From a candidate division FCPU426 bacterium (GTDB lineage Bacteria > Oederibacteriota > Muellerivitia > Muellerivitales > Muellerivitaceae): a stretch of DNA of 64,000 nucleotides. Positions 29,912-40,840 of this stretch are shown here, piece after piece (position 1 is the stretch's first letter; every line of letters begins with the position of its first letter). The notes beneath the pieces were generated by a model, which was given only the letters and a program-made list of their open reading frames with translations, made no database searches and had not been told where the DNA came from. The translations under genes and the position numbers were made by a program. The stretch is from positions 32,001 through 96,000 of the forward strand of contig CAVTWJ010000018.1 in the NCBI GenBank assembly GCA_963738405.1, given 5' to 3'.

Positions 29912-31596
29912 AAAATCACGCCCTCTACAACTTACGGGAAAAATTAGCCGCCGATAGGGCGCAGAACACAAAAAAAGTCTGCGTCTGCATGGGCGGAAGC
30001 TGCGTCTCCTCCGGCGCCCAAAAAATTCTCGACCGCATGAAGGAAGAAGCGGGACAGATGCAGGGTTCGGGCATTGAGGTGAAGCCGGTGGGTTGCATGG
30101 GGGCCTGCGCCAAGGGGCCGCTGGTGCGCATCGAAGCCGACGACGTGATCTATCAAAAAATCACGCCGGAAAATTACAAGCCAATCCTCCACGACCATTT
30201 CAAGAACCGTAAAGCCATTCCCCACATGGTGATCTTTTCCGACACCGATGCCCAGCCCACCCTCAAATCCAGCGAGCATGCCTTCTATAAAAACCAACGC
30301 ATGATCGTTTTGGAAAACTGCGCCCGCATCGATCCGGACAGCATTGACGATTACATCGCCATCGGGGGCTACAAGGCCCTTCAAAAAGCCCTGACCCAAA
30401 TGTCGCCGGAGGAAGTGATCGCCGAGGTCAAGCACAGCGGCATCCGCGGCCGTGGCGGCGCTGGGTTCCCCACCGGCAACAAGTGGGAGATGTCCTATAA
30501 GTATGTGGGCGAGCACAAGTACCTGGTCTGCAACGGCGACGAGGGCGACCCGGGCGCCTTTATGGACCGGTCCGTACTCGAAAGCGATCCCCATCGGGTC
30601 TTGGAAGGAATGATCCTCGGCGGCTACGCCATCGGCGCAAGCCGAGGCTTTGCCTATATCCGTGGGGAATACCCCCTGGCCATCCAACGCTTCGGAACCG
30701 CCATCCAGAAGGCTAAAAAACTGGGCCTGTTGGGCAAGAATGTTTTGGAAACCGAATTTTCATTTGATGTTGAAATCCGCATCGGCGCGGGCGCCTTTGT
30801 TTGCGGGGAAGAAACCGCGCTGTTAGGTTCCATCGAAGGTAAAAGAGGAACCCCCCATCCCCGTCCGCCCTACCCGGCGGAAAAGGGCCTCTGGGGCATG
30901 CCCACCATCATCAATAACGTCGAAACCTTCGCCAATATCGCCCCCATCGTGGAACGGGGCGGGGAATGGTACGCCGGCATCGGCACTCCCAAAAGCACGG
31001 GTACCAAGGTGTTCGCGCTCTCGGGCTGTATCCAAAACACCGGCCTGGTGGAAGTGCCGGTCGGCACCACCCTGCGTCAGGTGATCTTCGATATCGGAGG
31101 GGGCATCCCCAACGGTAAAAAATTCAAGGCCGCCCAAACCGGCGGTCCCTCGGGGGGCTGTATCCCCGAACAGCATCTGGATACCCCGCTGGATTACGAC
31201 GCCCTGACCAAACTGGGTTCCATCATGGGTTCGGGGGGCTTGATCGTCATGGACGAGGGTTCCTGCATGCCGGACGTGGCGCGGTTTTTCATGGAATTCT
31301 GCATGGACGAATCCTGCGGCAAATGCGTGCCCTGCCGGGTCGGTACCAAGCAGATGTACGACCTGCTCACCAAAATCTGCAAGGGAACGGCCACCGAATA
31401 CGATTTGGAACTTTTGGAATCCCTGGCGCCGATGGTGAAAGAAACCAGCCTCTGCGGCTTGGGCCAAAGCGCCCCCAACCCGCTGCTTTCAACCCTTCGC
31501 TATTTCCGGGACGAGTATTTGGCCCACGTGAAAGAAAAACGCTGTCCCGCGGGAGTCTGTAAATTTACCCCTGAACTCGCGGAGGTGCGGTCATGA
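29908..31596 (+). CDS. hoxF: Diaphorase flavoprotein HoxF
   Basis: [49 protein letters not shown]-terminal 2Fe-2S domain. Confidence 0.92.
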   Translation: MKNHALYNLREKLAADRAQNTKKVCVCMGGSCVSSGAQKILDRMKEEAGQMQGSGIEVKPVGCMGACAKGPLVRIEADDVIYQKITPENYKPILHDHFKNRKAIPHMVIFSDTDAQPTLKSSEHAFYKNQRMIVLENCARIDPDSIDDYIAIGGYKALQKALTQMSPEEVIAEVKHSGIRGRGGAGFPTGNKWEMSYKYVGEHKYLVCNGDEGDPGAFMDRSVLESDPHRVLEGMILGGYAIGASRGFAYIRGEYPLAIQRFGTAIQKAKKLGLLGKNVLETEFSFDVEIRIGAGAFVCGEETALLGSIEGKRGTPHPRPPYPAEKGLWGMPTIINNVETFANIAPIVERGGEWYAGIGTPKSTGTKVFALSGCIQNTGLVEVPVGTTLRQVIFDIGGGIPNGKKFKAAQTGGPSGGCIPEQHLDTPLDYDALTKLGSIMGSGGLIVMDEGSCMPDVARFFMEFCMDESCGKCVPCRVGTKQMYDLLTKICKGTATEYDLELLESLAPMVKETSLCGLGQSAPNPLLSTLRYFRDEYLAHVKEKRCPAGVCKFTPELAEVRS

Positions 31597-32300
31597 GCGA
31601 ACCTATCACCCTGACTATCGACGGCAAGGAAGTCCAGGCCCAGCCTGGGGAGATGCTCCTTTCGGTTTGCCGCAAGAACGGCATCTATATTCCCACGCTC
31701 TGCCATTTCGACGGGCTGTCGGAAATGGGCGCCTGCAGGCTTTGCCTGGTGGAAATGGAGGGAACCCCCCGCCTTTTCGCCACCTGCGTGACCCAGGTGA
31801 ACGCCAACCAGAAGATCCATACCAACAGCGAGAAACTGCAAAAGTACCGCCGGATGATCGTGGAACTGCTTTTTTCGGAACGCAACCACATCTGTTCCAT
31901 CTGCGTGGCCAACAACCATTGCGAACTGCAGGATTTGGCCAAGTCCGTCGGCATGGAACATGTGCGGTTTCCCTACCTGCAGCCCCAGGCGGAAATGGAC
32001 CTGTCCCATACCCGCTATGTCATCGACAACAACCGCTGCGTCATGTGCACCCGCTGCGTGCGGGTCTGTGACGAGGTGGAAGGCGCCCATGTGTGGGATG
32101 TCATGGGACGCGGGGCCAATTCCCGCATCGTGTCGGGTTTTCACGACCCCTGGGGCGCCTCCGCCGACTGTACCTGGTGCGGCAAGTGCAGCATGGTCTG
32201 CCCGGTGGGCGCCATCTGGCCGAAGGAAGCCTCCCAGGGCAACCTTCTGCGGTTTCCCAAATTGGTCTCCGAACTGGTGGAAAAGAGGAATGAGCCATGA
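31593..32300 (+). CDS. hoxU: Diaphorase Fe-S subunit HoxU
   Basis: [43 protein letters not shown]. Confidence 0.92.
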   Translation: MSEPITLTIDGKEVQAQPGEMLLSVCRKNGIYIPTLCHFDGLSEMGACRLCLVEMEGTPRLFATCVTQVNANQKIHTNSEKLQKYRRMIVELLFSERNHICSICVANNHCELQDLAKSVGMEHVRFPYLQPQAEMDLSHTRYVIDNNRCVMCTRCVRVCDEVEGAHVWDVMGRGANSRIVSGFHDPWGASADCTWCGKCSMVCPVGAIWPKEASQGNLLRFPKLVSELVEKRNEP

Positions 32301-32842
32301 GCAAAAAAAAGATCGCGACGGTTTGGCTGGGCGGCTGTTCGGGATGCCATATGTCCCTGCTGGACATTGACGAGCGGATTCTGGATGTGGTGAAGCTGGC
32401 CGACATCGTGAAGAGCCCGGTGGTGGACGGCAAAGCCTTTCCCCCGGTGGATATCGCCCTGGTGGAAGGGGCCATCTCCAGCGAGGAACACCTGGCGGAA
32501 ATAAAACATATCCGCGCGAACGCGAAATTCTTGATCGCCTTCGGCGATTGCGCGGTCACTTCCAACGTTCCCTCTCTACGCAACCTGGTGGGCACCGACG
32601 TGGCCCTCCGGCGCGCCTATATCGAGGCCGAAAGCAATGTGCCCGGCAAGATGCCGCCGGGAGACGGCCTGGGGGTTTCCCGTCTGCTCCCCAAGGTGAT
32701 GCCGCTGCACCAGGTCGTGAAGGTGGACTATTACCTTCCGGGCTGCCCCCCGGACGCGGACCTGATTTTCGACATCCTCGCCGCCCTCCTAACCGACAAG
32801 ACACCCGAGATTACGAACGAAAGGAAGGCCTCCTATGGCTGA
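32297..32842 (+). CDS. hoxY: NiFe hydrogenase small subunit HoxY
   Basis: [26 protein letters not shown]. Confidence 0.93.
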   Translation: MSKKKIATVWLGGCSGCHMSLLDIDERILDVVKLADIVKSPVVDGKAFPPVDIALVEGAISSEEHLAEIKHIRANAKFLIAFGDCAVTSNVPSLRNLVGTDVALRRAYIEAESNVPGKMPPGDGLGVSRLLPKVMPLHQVVKVDYYLPGCPPDADLIFDILAALLTDKTPEITNERKASYG

Positions 32843-34268
32843 TCCCAAAATCATCAAAATCAACCCCGTGACCCGCATCGAGGGCCACGCGAAAATATCC
32901 CTCTTCCTCGACGACAAAAACGAGGTCAAGGACGCCCAGTTCCACGTGGATGAATTCCGCGGGTTCGAGAAGTTCTGCGAAGGGCGTCTCTATACCGAAA
33001 TGCCGGTTATCACGCCCCGCATCTGCGGCATCTGCCCGGTGTCCCATTCACTCGCCAGCGCCAAGGCCTGCGATTCCATCCAGCGGGTGGCGATCCCCGA
33101 GACGGCGGTCAAACTGCGCCGGGTGATGCAGTTGGGCCAGCAGTTGTCTTCCCACGCGCTTTCTTTCTTTTACCTTTCCGCCCCCGACTTTTTACTGGGA
33201 TGGGATTCGGACCCTGCCCTTCGCAACGTGGTGGGACTGGCCGAAAAATTTCCCGATGTGGCCAAGCGGGGCATCCGCCTCCGCAAATTCGGCCAGGAAA
33301 TTTCCCAGCACCTGACGGGCAAGAAAATTCATACCGACGGGGTGATTGCCGGCGGCATGACGAACCCCATGAAGCCTGAAAGCCGGGAAGCCCTCCTCAA
33401 GTGGATTCCCGAGGCACTGGAAACTTCCCAGATCGGTTTGAAGCTTCTCAAAGACTACATGGCCTCCCATAAAGAAGAGGTGGAAAGCTTCGCGCCTAGC
33501 GACACCCTGCACATGGGAACGGTGGCCCCTGACGGCACCCACGAGCTCTACGACGGCAAACTGCGCTGGGTAGACGCTTCGGGCAAGATCGTGAAAGACC
33601 AGGTCAACCCGGCCGATTACCTCACCTACATCGCCGAGATGCCGGTGGAATTTTCCTATCTCAAATACCCCTACTACAAACCGATGGGCTATCCCCAAGG
33701 CATCTACCGGGTGGGGCCGCTAGCCCGCCTCAACGTGGCTTCCAAGATGAAGACGCCCAAGGCCCAGGTGGAATTCGAGGCCTTCAAGGCGCTGGGCAAG
33801 GGAAGGGCGGTCAACGGAACTTTCTTTTATCACTATGCCCGGCTGATTGAAACCATTTCCACGGTCGAGGAAATCGAGATGCTCTTAACCGATAAGGACA
33901 TCCTCTCCACCGACGTGCATGTCGTGGCTTCACGCAACGCCACCGAAGGGGTCGGCTGCTGCGAGGCCCCCCGGGGAACGCTGTTTCACCACTACAAGGT
34001 GGACGCCGCAGGCGCCCTGCTCAAAGTGAACCTGCTGATTGCCACGGGGCAGAACAATCCCTCCATGAACCGCTCGGTGCTGGAAGTGGCCCGGCAGTAC
34101 GTGAAGGGCGCGGACGTGAAGGAAGGGGCCCTCAACCGGGTCGAGGCGGCCATCCGCTGTTACGATCCCTGCCTGTCCTGCTCGACGCATGCCCTAGGTT
34201 CCATGCCCATGGTCTTGAAGATTCACGACCACCGGGGAAACTTGATTCGGAGCGTGGAGAGGAACTAA
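32835..34268 (+). CDS. hoxH: NiFe hydrogenase large subunit HoxH (group 3d)
   Basis: PVTRIEGH, RICGICPVSH, EAPRGTLFHHY, DPCLSCSTH followed by a cleavable tail. Confidence 0.95.
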   Translation: MADPKIIKINPVTRIEGHAKISLFLDDKNEVKDAQFHVDEFRGFEKFCEGRLYTEMPVITPRICGICPVSHSLASAKACDSIQRVAIPETAVKLRRVMQLGQQLSSHALSFFYLSAPDFLLGWDSDPALRNVVGLAEKFPDVAKRGIRLRKFGQEISQHLTGKKIHTDGVIAGGMTNPMKPESREALLKWIPEALETSQIGLKLLKDYMASHKEEVESFAPSDTLHMGTVAPDGTHELYDGKLRWVDASGKIVKDQVNPADYLTYIAEMPVEFSYLKYPYYKPMGYPQGIYRVGPLARLNVASKMKTPKAQVEFEAFKALGKGRAVNGTFFYHYARLIETISTVEEIEMLLTDKDILSTDVHVVASRNATEGVGCCEAPRGTLFHHYKVDAAGALLKVNLLIATGQNNPSMNRSVLEVARQYVKGADVKEGALNRVEAAIRCYDPCLSCSTHALGSMPMVLKIHDHRGNLIRSVERN

Positions 34269-34270
34269 AC

Positions 34271-34717
34271 ATGATGCTGGTCATGGGGTTCGGCAACCCC
34301 ACCCGCGGCGACGACGGCGCGGGATGGGAAGTGGCGCGCAGGCTGGGGTTGCGAGAAATCCCGGCGGTGGAGACCCGTGTGTCCCAGCAGCTCAATGTGG
34401 AATTGATTGAGGAATGGGGCGCCTACGAGAAGGTGCTCTTTATCGACGCCGACCCCCAGGCGGATAGGGTGAGGGTTGAAAGGGTCGTCCCCCAGCCGAA
34501 AGCCTCCGCTTCCACCCACCACCTTGCGCCGGAAGCCCTGCTTCAGTTATCCAAAAGCCTTAAAAACGTTTCGCCTCCGCTTTACCTTTGCCGGGTTCCC
34601 GCGAGCCATTTTAATTTTTCGGAAAGTTTTTCCCCCGAAACCCGCCGGGCCTTGGACGAGGCGGTCGCGGCTTCTTTAGATTGGATTCACCAATTGCCTT
34701 TGGGGGGCCGAAGTTGA
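34271..34717 (+). CDS. hoxW: Hydrogenase maturation protease
   Basis: GFGNPTRGDDGAG, LFIDA, STHHL. Confidence 0.85.
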   Translation: MMLVMGFGNPTRGDDGAGWEVARRLGLREIPAVETRVSQQLNVELIEEWGAYEKVLFIDADPQADRVRVERVVPQPKASASTHHLAPEALLQLSKSLKNVSPPLYLCRVPASHFNFSESFSPETRRALDEAVAASLDWIHQLPLGGRS

Positions 34718-34732
34718 GCCGGGGAGAACGCC

Positions 34733-37057
34733 ATGAAAAACACCAAAACCACCGAACCCATCCCGCCGCCCCCTTCCCTTTCGCTCGTCAAGGTGAAGAT
34801 CACGGGCGCGGTGCAGGGCGTGGGGTTTCGCCCCTTTGTTTACCGGCTGGCGAAAGAGCATTCGCTTAAAGGTTATGTCCTCAACGGCCCCGCCGGGGTG
34901 GAGGCCGAGGCCGAGGGAACCCCTTCGAACCTTGAACTTTTTCTCAAACGGTTGAGGGATGAGAAGCCCTCCCAAGCGGTCATCGAAGATCTGACAGTCG
35001 AATTTCATTCCCCAAAAAACTACACCTCCTTTGAGATTCGGGAAAGCGGTTTGGCGGGCGCCAAAACCGTGCAGGTGCTTCCCGACCTAGCCCCCTGCCC
35101 CGAATGCCTGGCCGAATTGTTCGATTCCGCCGACCGGCGCTACCGGTACCCCTTCACCAACTGCACCCATTGCGGGCCCCGTTTTTCCATCATCGAAAAA
35201 CTTCCCTACGACCGGCCCCACACCACGATGAAGGCCTTCGCCCTTTGTCCCCAATGCCGCCGCGAGTACGAAGACCCTGCCGACCGGCGTTTCCACGCCC
35301 AGCCCACCGCCTGCCCCCAATGCGGCCCGAAACTGGAAGCCTGGAACCCCCTTTCGGAGGGAGACTCCTCGGGCACGGTATTAAAAGAAAGAGAAGAGGC
35401 CCTTCTCTTGGCGGAAGACGCCCTGCTCAAGGGCCAGATCGTGGCACTGAAAGGCCTGGGCGGATTCCAGCTTTTATGCGACGCGAGAAACGAAAAAGCG
35501 GTGGCGCTTCTTCGAACCCGCAAACGGCGGGAGGCCAAACCCTTCGCGGTGATGTTTCCATCGATTGAGGAAATTAAAAAGGTTTGCCATATCAACGCCG
35601 AGGAAGAAGCGCTCCTCCTTTCTTCCGCCGCGCCCATCGTCTTAGTTCCAAAAGACCGTGTTAGCAAATGGCCCGAATGGGCCGCGCCGGAGAATCCCCA
35701 ATTAGGGGTCATGCTCCCCTCCACTCCTTTACATCACATCTTGATGAGGGATCTAGGGTTCCCCATTGTGGCCACCAGCGGCAACTTATCTGAAGAGCCC
35801 ATTTGTTTTGACGAGAAGGAAGCCCTGGAGCGTTTGAAGGGCCTGGCCGATCTTTTTCTCGTCCACAACCGGCCCATCGCGAGGCCTTTGGATGATTCAG
35901 TGGCTCGGGTCATCGCGGGCAAACCCCAAATTCTCCGCCGGGCCAGGGGCTACGCGCCTATGCCCATTCTCTTAAAAGAAATGGGAGAGACCGTTTTGGC
36001 CTTTGGGGCTTATTTAAAGAACACCGTAGCCCTGGCCAAGGACGACAAGGTTTTCTTGAGCCAGCATTTGGGAGATCTCGGTACCCTGCCTTCGATGGAA
36101 GCTTTCGAGAAGTCGCTATCCGATCTGCCGAAACTTTATGAGGCCGACCCCGGAACGGGGGTAGTGGATCTGCACCCCGACTACCCTTCCACCCGTAAGG
36201 GGGCCGATTCCGGCCTTCCATTGATCCAGGTTCAGCATCACTTGGCGCACCTCTACGCCTGCGCCGCGGAAAACCACGTTACCGGCCGGGCCTTTGGCGC
36301 CGCTTGGGACGGCACAGGCTTAGGGGACGACCAGACCATCTGGGGCGGTGAATTTTTCATACTTGGCGAAAACGACAGGCGGGTGGGGCATCTTCGGCCC
36401 TTTTCACTTCCCGGGGGAGACAAGGCCGCCAAGGAACCCCGGCGTAGCGCTCTAGGGCTTCTTTACGAAATGGGGCGGGAAGATATATTTGAATGGAAGC
36501 ATATCCCCGCCATCGCATCATTTGATGTCACCGAGCTTGCGGTCATGAAGGCCCTTCTCAAAAATTTCGATACCCCCCGCACTTCCAGTATGGGGCGGCT
36601 GTTTGACGCGGTTTCTTCCCTGGCCGGGTTGTGCCAGATAAGCCGGTTCGAGGGCGAGGCGGCCATGGCCCTCGAATTCGCGCTGGATGGCACCGAATCC
36701 AGGGACCGGTATACCTTTCCGCTGTTGCGCGCCAAGGATGGCTTTGTGCTGGATTGGGAACCGATGGTGAGGGAAATTTTGAACGACGTAGAAAACAAAA
36801 TTTCCGCCGGGGTTATTTCCCGCCGGTTTCATAACGCCTTGGTGGAAAGCCTGGTTGATTTCGCCAATATGGAAGCCTGCCCCCAGGTGCTCTTGAGCGG
36901 GGGCTGTTTCCAGAACCGGTATTTGGCCGAAAGGGCCATCCGGCGCCTGAAAGAAGGGGGTTTCACCCCCTATTGGCACCAGCAGGTGCCCCCCAACGAT
37001 GGGGGCTTGGCCTTAGGGCAAGCCGCCTACGCGAGAAAAATTCTCAAGAACAAATGA
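34733..37057 (+). CDS. hypF: Carbamoyltransferase HypF
   Basis: GAVQGVGFRPFVY, CPEC..YPFTNCTHCGPRF, RRARGYAP, QHHLAH, PPNDGGLALGQ. Confidence 0.96.
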   Translation: MKNTKTTEPIPPPPSLSLVKVKITGAVQGVGFRPFVYRLAKEHSLKGYVLNGPAGVEAEAEGTPSNLELFLKRLRDEKPSQAVIEDLTVEFHSPKNYTSFEIRESGLAGAKTVQVLPDLAPCPECLAELFDSADRRYRYPFTNCTHCGPRFSIIEKLPYDRPHTTMKAFALCPQCRREYEDPADRRFHAQPTACPQCGPKLEAWNPLSEGDSSGTVLKEREEALLLAEDALLKGQIVALKGLGGFQLLCDARNEKAVALLRTRKRREAKPFAVMFPSIEEIKKVCHINAEEEALLLSSAAPIVLVPKDRVSKWPEWAAPENPQLGVMLPSTPLHHILMRDLGFPIVATSGNLSEEPICFDEKEALERLKGLADLFLVHNRPIARPLDDSVARVIAGKPQILRRARGYAPMPILLKEMGETVLAFGAYLKNTVALAKDDKVFLSQHLGDLGTLPSMEAFEKSLSDLPKLYEADPGTGVVDLHPDYPSTRKGADSGLPLIQVQHHLAHLYACAAENHVTGRAFGAAWDGTGLGDDQTIWGGEFFILGENDRRVGHLRPFSLPGGDKAAKEPRRSALGLLYEMGREDIFEWKHIPAIASFDVTELAVMKALLKNFDTPRTSSMGRLFDAVSSLAGLCQISRFEGEAAMALEFALDGTESRDRYTFPLLRAKDGFVLDWEPMVREILNDVENKISAGVISRRFHNALVESLVDFANMEACPQVLLSGGCFQNRYLAERAIRRLKEGGFTPYWHQQVPPNDGGLALGQAAYARKILKNK

Positions 37058-37132
37058 CCGCCGTCACGTTGTTTCACTAGTCTTCTTGGATAAGATAGAA
37101 ACCAGCACTGGACAATCGAAAAAAGTCAAAGA

Positions 37133-37357
37133 GTGAAGAATATGACGAGTTTAATGGCAATTGTTTTAGGTTTGGTCGTAATAATTTGTAGTGATGTTTT
37201 TTCTGATATGCGGATTAGTCATCTAAAAGAATCTTTCGGGATTAAGGTGAGTAAAAATTTTGTTCGGTTTATTTTTATTTTTTGGGGAAGTATTTCAATT
37301 GTTTTTGGAATTTTGAGTTGGTTGGGAGTAATACAAGTTAATCAAGGTATTAAATAA
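37133..37357 (+). CDS. Small low-GC two-transmembrane hypothetical protein
   Basis: 74-aa ORF with two hydrophobic segments between hypF and hypC. Confidence 0.5.
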   Translation: MKNMTSLMAIVLGLVVIICSDVFSDMRISHLKESFGIKVSKNFVRFIFIFWGSISIVFGILSWLGVIQVNQGIK

Positions 37358-37414
37358 AACTGTTTTTGGTAGTTTTCTTACGACAAAGACGAGTTATTGT
37401 TCAAGGAGTCTTCC

Positions 37415-37663
37415 ATGTGTCTGGCGATTCCAGGAAAAATCATGACGGTCACGGGGGATGACCCCCTTTTCCGCACCGCAAAGGTTGATTTTGACGCCGT
37501 GGCCCGTGAAATTTCCTTGTCCTGCCTGCCCGAAGCCAAAGCGGGGGATTACGTGATTGTGCACGTGGGAATGGCCATCAGCCTGTTGGATGAGGAAGAA
37601 GCCAAACAAACCCTGGAGGATTTCGCCCAATTGAAGGCCCTCTCCGCCGAGGGCGCGCCATGA
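37415..37663 (+). CDS. hypC: Hydrogenase chaperone HypC
   Basis: [25 protein letters not shown]. Confidence 0.95.
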   Translation: MCLAIPGKIMTVTGDDPLFRTAKVDFDAVAREISLSCLPEAKAGDYVIVHVGMAISLLDEEEAKQTLEDFAQLKALSAEGAP

Positions 37664-38760
37664 AATATGTGGACGAATTCCGCGACGGCCCGGCCTGTCT
37701 GGCCTTGGCCGAATCCATCAAAAAAATCACCACCAAGCCCTGGGTTATCATGGAAATCTGCGGGGGTCAGACCCATTCCATCGCCCGCTACGGGCTGGAA
37801 GACCTGCTACCTCCCCAAATCTCCCTGGTGCACGGCCCCGGCTGCCCGGTTTGCGTGACGCCGGTGGAGGTGATCGACAAGGCGGTGGAAATCGCCGCCC
37901 GGCCCGATGTGATCTTTTGTTCCTTCGGCGACATGATGCGGGTGCCAGGAACCGGCAAAGACCTGCTCTCGGTTAAGGCCAATGGCGGGCAAGTAAGGCT
38001 AGTCTATTCGCCCCTGGACGCGGTTAAGACCGCCAAGCAAAACCCCGATAAAGAAGTAGTGTTCTTTGCCGTGGGGTTCGAGACCACTGCGCCGGCCAAC
38101 GCCATGGCGGTGGTGCAGGCGAAAGCCTTAGGCCTCAAAAATTTTTCCCTTCTCGCCTCACACGTGTTGGTGCCGCCTGCCATGGAAGCCATCCTCTCCT
38201 CCCCTGAAAACCGCGTGCAGGGCTACCTGGCCGCGGGCCATGTCTGCACCATCATGGGCACGGAGCAATACCCCCCCATCGCCGCAAAATACAGGGTTCC
38301 CATCGTTGTGACCGGTTTTGAGCCCCTGGATATCTTGCAGGGCGTCTATATGTGTGTGAAGCAGTTGGAAGAGGGAAGGCATGATGTAGAAAACCAATAT
38401 GCCCGCTCGGTGAGAAAAGAAGGAAACACCGATGCCCTGAAGGTGATCGCTGAAGTGTTTCATGTGGTGAACAAGAAGTGGCGGGGAATCGGCGAGATCC
38501 CGAAAAGCGGATGGGCTTTGAACGATAAGTATCGAACATTTGACGCGGAAGAAAAGTTTGGCGTAGCCCATGTCACGGCCGAAGAAAGTACCGAATGCAT
38601 TAGCGGCCAGATTTTATTAGGCATCAAGAAACCCGCCCAATGCCCGGCCTTTGGCACCCGCTGTAACCCCGAACATCCTTTGGGCGCCCCTATGGTTTCC
38701 ACCGAGGGCGCCTGCTCGGCCTATTACCGATATCGACGGGCGGAGTCGGTTACGACCTAA
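37660..38760 (+). CDS. hypD: Hydrogenase formation protein HypD
   Basis: [33 protein letters not shown]. Confidence 0.96.
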   Translation: MKYVDEFRDGPACLALAESIKKITTKPWVIMEICGGQTHSIARYGLEDLLPPQISLVHGPGCPVCVTPVEVIDKAVEIAARPDVIFCSFGDMMRVPGTGKDLLSVKANGGQVRLVYSPLDAVKTAKQNPDKEVVFFAVGFETTAPANAMAVVQAKALGLKNFSLLASHVLVPPAMEAILSSPENRVQGYLAAGHVCTIMGTEQYPPIAAKYRVPIVVTGFEPLDILQGVYMCVKQLEEGRHDVENQYARSVRKEGNTDALKVIAEVFHVVNKKWRGIGEIPKSGWALNDKYRTFDAEEKFGVAHVTAEESTECISGQILLGIKKPAQCPAFGTRCNPEHPLGAPMVSTEGACSAYYRYRRAESVTT

Positions 38761-38785
38761 TTGGTGCTAAAACACTAATTTTAGG

Positions 38786-38830
38786 TACCATGAAATTCGA
38801 ACGCTCAGTGTTCCTTTTTCATGGTATTAT
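38786..38830. promoter_or_regulatory. Palindromic operator overlapping an extended -10 element
   Basis: TACCATGAAA-N21-TTTCATGGTA; TGnTATTAT 6 nt before the ATG at 38837. Confidence 0.55.
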
Positions 38831-38836
38831 TTCCCC

Positions 38837-39973
38837 ATGATTTTACGTAAAAATATAAAGAGTCAAATCGCAATTGCTTTGCGTCGCAGCCGAATTGTTG
38901 CCCTTATTGGTCCGCGTCAATGCGGAAAGACGACCTTGGCCCGAGAATGGGCGAAGTCCGATTCTCCCGGTTATTTTGACTTGGAAGATCCAGCCGGTTT
39001 AGCGAGGCTAGAAGACAGCCCGATGGAAGAATTGAAGAAGCTCAAGGGCTTGGTTGTGATTGATGAGATCCAGCGTCGGCCAGACTTGTTTCCTCTTTTA
39101 AGGGTTTTGGCGGATCGTCGGCCGCTTCCTGCTAGGTTTCTTATTTTGGGCAGTTCTTCACCTGAATTGATTCGAAAATCCTCGGAATCGCTTACGGGCC
39201 GCTTGGAAACTGTGGTGATAGGTGGATTTTCTGTGCCCGATGTGGGAATCCGGAATATAGACCGTCTTTGGCTTCGGGGTGGGTTGCCCCCGTCTTATGT
39301 GGCGAGGTCCGAAAATGACAGTCTGGCATGGCGGAAGAATTATGTTCGGATGTTTTTGGAGCGAGATATTCCTCGAATGGGGATCACCGTTCCGGCGGAG
39401 ACCCTAAGACGTTTTTGGACGATGGTGGCGCATTATCATGGCCAGATTTGGAATTCATCCGAACTTGCTTCCGCCATGGGAATTTCCGAACCAACTATCC
39501 GCCGGTACCTAGATCTTTTAGAAGGAATGTTCATGGTGCGTCAGTTGAGGCCCTGGCATGAAAACCTCAAAAAACGGCAGGTTAAAGCTCCCAAGGTTTA
39601 TTTACGAGATACGGGGCTATTGCACCAGCTCTTGGGAATCCGAACCGGACATGATCTTTTTTCACATCCCAAGTCGGGAGCCTCTTGGGAGGGTTTTGTA
39701 ATAGAGGAAACTTTAAAAAAACTGAACCCCGAAGAAGGATATTTTTGGGCTACCCATAATGGTGCGGAATTGGATTTGTTTTGTCTTTCCAAGGGGCGAC
39801 GCATTGGGATCGAATGTAAACGAACTGATGCTCCTCGGTTGACCCTATCCATGCGGATTGCGATGAAAGATTTAAAGTTAGACCGATTATTCGTCATCTA
39901 TCCAGGGCAAAAGAAATATACCCTGGCACCCAAAATTGAAGCTTTGCCCATTGCCCAATGGCTTTTGGAATAA
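38837..39973 (+). CDS. AAA+ ATPase with DUF4143-type C-terminus
   Basis: GPRQCGKTT, IDEIQR, SESLTGR, RGGLP, KRQVKAPKVYLRDTG, ELDL...IECK. Confidence 0.88.
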   Translation: MILRKNIKSQIAIALRRSRIVALIGPRQCGKTTLAREWAKSDSPGYFDLEDPAGLARLEDSPMEELKKLKGLVVIDEIQRRPDLFPLLRVLADRRPLPARFLILGSSSPELIRKSSESLTGRLETVVIGGFSVPDVGIRNIDRLWLRGGLPPSYVARSENDSLAWRKNYVRMFLERDIPRMGITVPAETLRRFWTMVAHYHGQIWNSSELASAMGISEPTIRRYLDLLEGMFMVRQLRPWHENLKKRQVKAPKVYLRDTGLLHQLLGIRTGHDLFSHPKSGASWEGFVIEETLKKLNPEEGYFWATHNGAELDLFCLSKGRRIGIECKRTDAPRLTLSMRIAMKDLKLDRLFVIYPGQKKYTLAPKIEALPIAQWLLE

Positions 39974-39992
39974 TTTTTATTGTGTTACCTAA

Positions 39993-40520
39993 TTAAATTA
40001 ATTGTATCTGGCGCAGATTCTTCCTTGGGTGAAGCTTATTCTCCAATTCCTGAATCTTTTCTGGAGTTAAAACATTTGGATATCGGCAAGTTGGATTGAC
40101 AAACTCATCATCATCTTTGCACCACAACCAATCCGTTTCTTTAGGTCCGACCCATTTTAAGTTAAACCTACCGCGTAGTCGTCCGCCTTTCAAATAAATA
40201 CGTAAATTTCCTTTATAAAACTGAGTAAAGACATTCGAATTACTTAAAAGACAGTAAAGTCCATAATCCCAGTTCGCGATAAATCCAGCTCCTGGATTAC
40301 CGGGAAGAATTTTTCTTTCCACAAGAAGGTAATCGTAATTATGTTCCCCAACCTTGATAGCTTTTACGGGTTTGGAGGGATCCAAATGGGGCGAACTAAC
40401 AAGAACCCACGATAAAAGTAATTTCCCGCCGACGTGCAGCCTTAAATCCCAATGAAGACGTGAAGCCAAATGCTCCTTAATTGCGAATTGACGATCTCCA
40501 AACCTTAGTGATTTAGACAT
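39993..40520 (-). CDS. Stand-alone LigD-type 3'-phosphoesterase domain protein (divergent)
   Basis: EHLASRLHWDLRL, LSW, PHLDP, GEHNYDY, GAG..WDYG, GGRLRGRF parallel the LigD PE motifs. Confidence 0.72.
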   Translation of the reverse strand: MSKSLRFGDRQFAIKEHLASRLHWDLRLHVGGKLLLSWVLVSSPHLDPSKPVKAIKVGEHNYDYLLVERKILPGNPGAGFIANWDYGLYCLLSNSNVFTQFYKGNLRIYLKGGRLRGRFNLKWVGPKETDWLWCKDDDEFVNPTCRYPNVLTPEKIQELENKLHPRKNLRQIQLI

Positions 40521-40840
40521 AATTGCCCCCTTTTCTGAAGGAATCTTTAAAATTTAAGTCATCCTTTTAGCGCTTCTTAATTTGGGAGAGTTTTAGGGCG
40601 TTAAATCAAGGAGTGAAAACCCAAAAGGAATACACTTGTATTCATTTTGGGTTGAAAAAAACAAGAATGTTTTTGAAAAAAATAGGTCGAACGATTAATC
40701 GGTAGAAAATAAAAGGAAGATGCAAAGAAGGAAATTACTGAAAAGTAATCTTAATCAAATTCATTGAAACCTTTTAAGTTTGCAAAAAGAATCGTCAAAA
40801 ATTACAACAGTCTAAACTTTGTTTGTTATGACATCAGAGA

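Noticed and set aside
29396..32300. Calling hoxE/hoxF/hoxU as complex I nuoEFG
   Set aside because: They are directly coupled to hoxY/hoxH/hoxW, the third gene is a short HoxU type, and no membrane nuo genes are present.
35346..35370. Small hairpin in hypF as another in-frame insertion
   Set aside because: The stem is short and there is no second copy, so it cannot be distinguished from chance.
29534..36979. Numerous antisense and alternative-frame ORFs over the hox/hyp genes (also over addAB and other GC-rich genes)
   Set aside because: These are shadow ORFs of GC-rich codon usage, with no motifs, fully overlapping well-supported genes.
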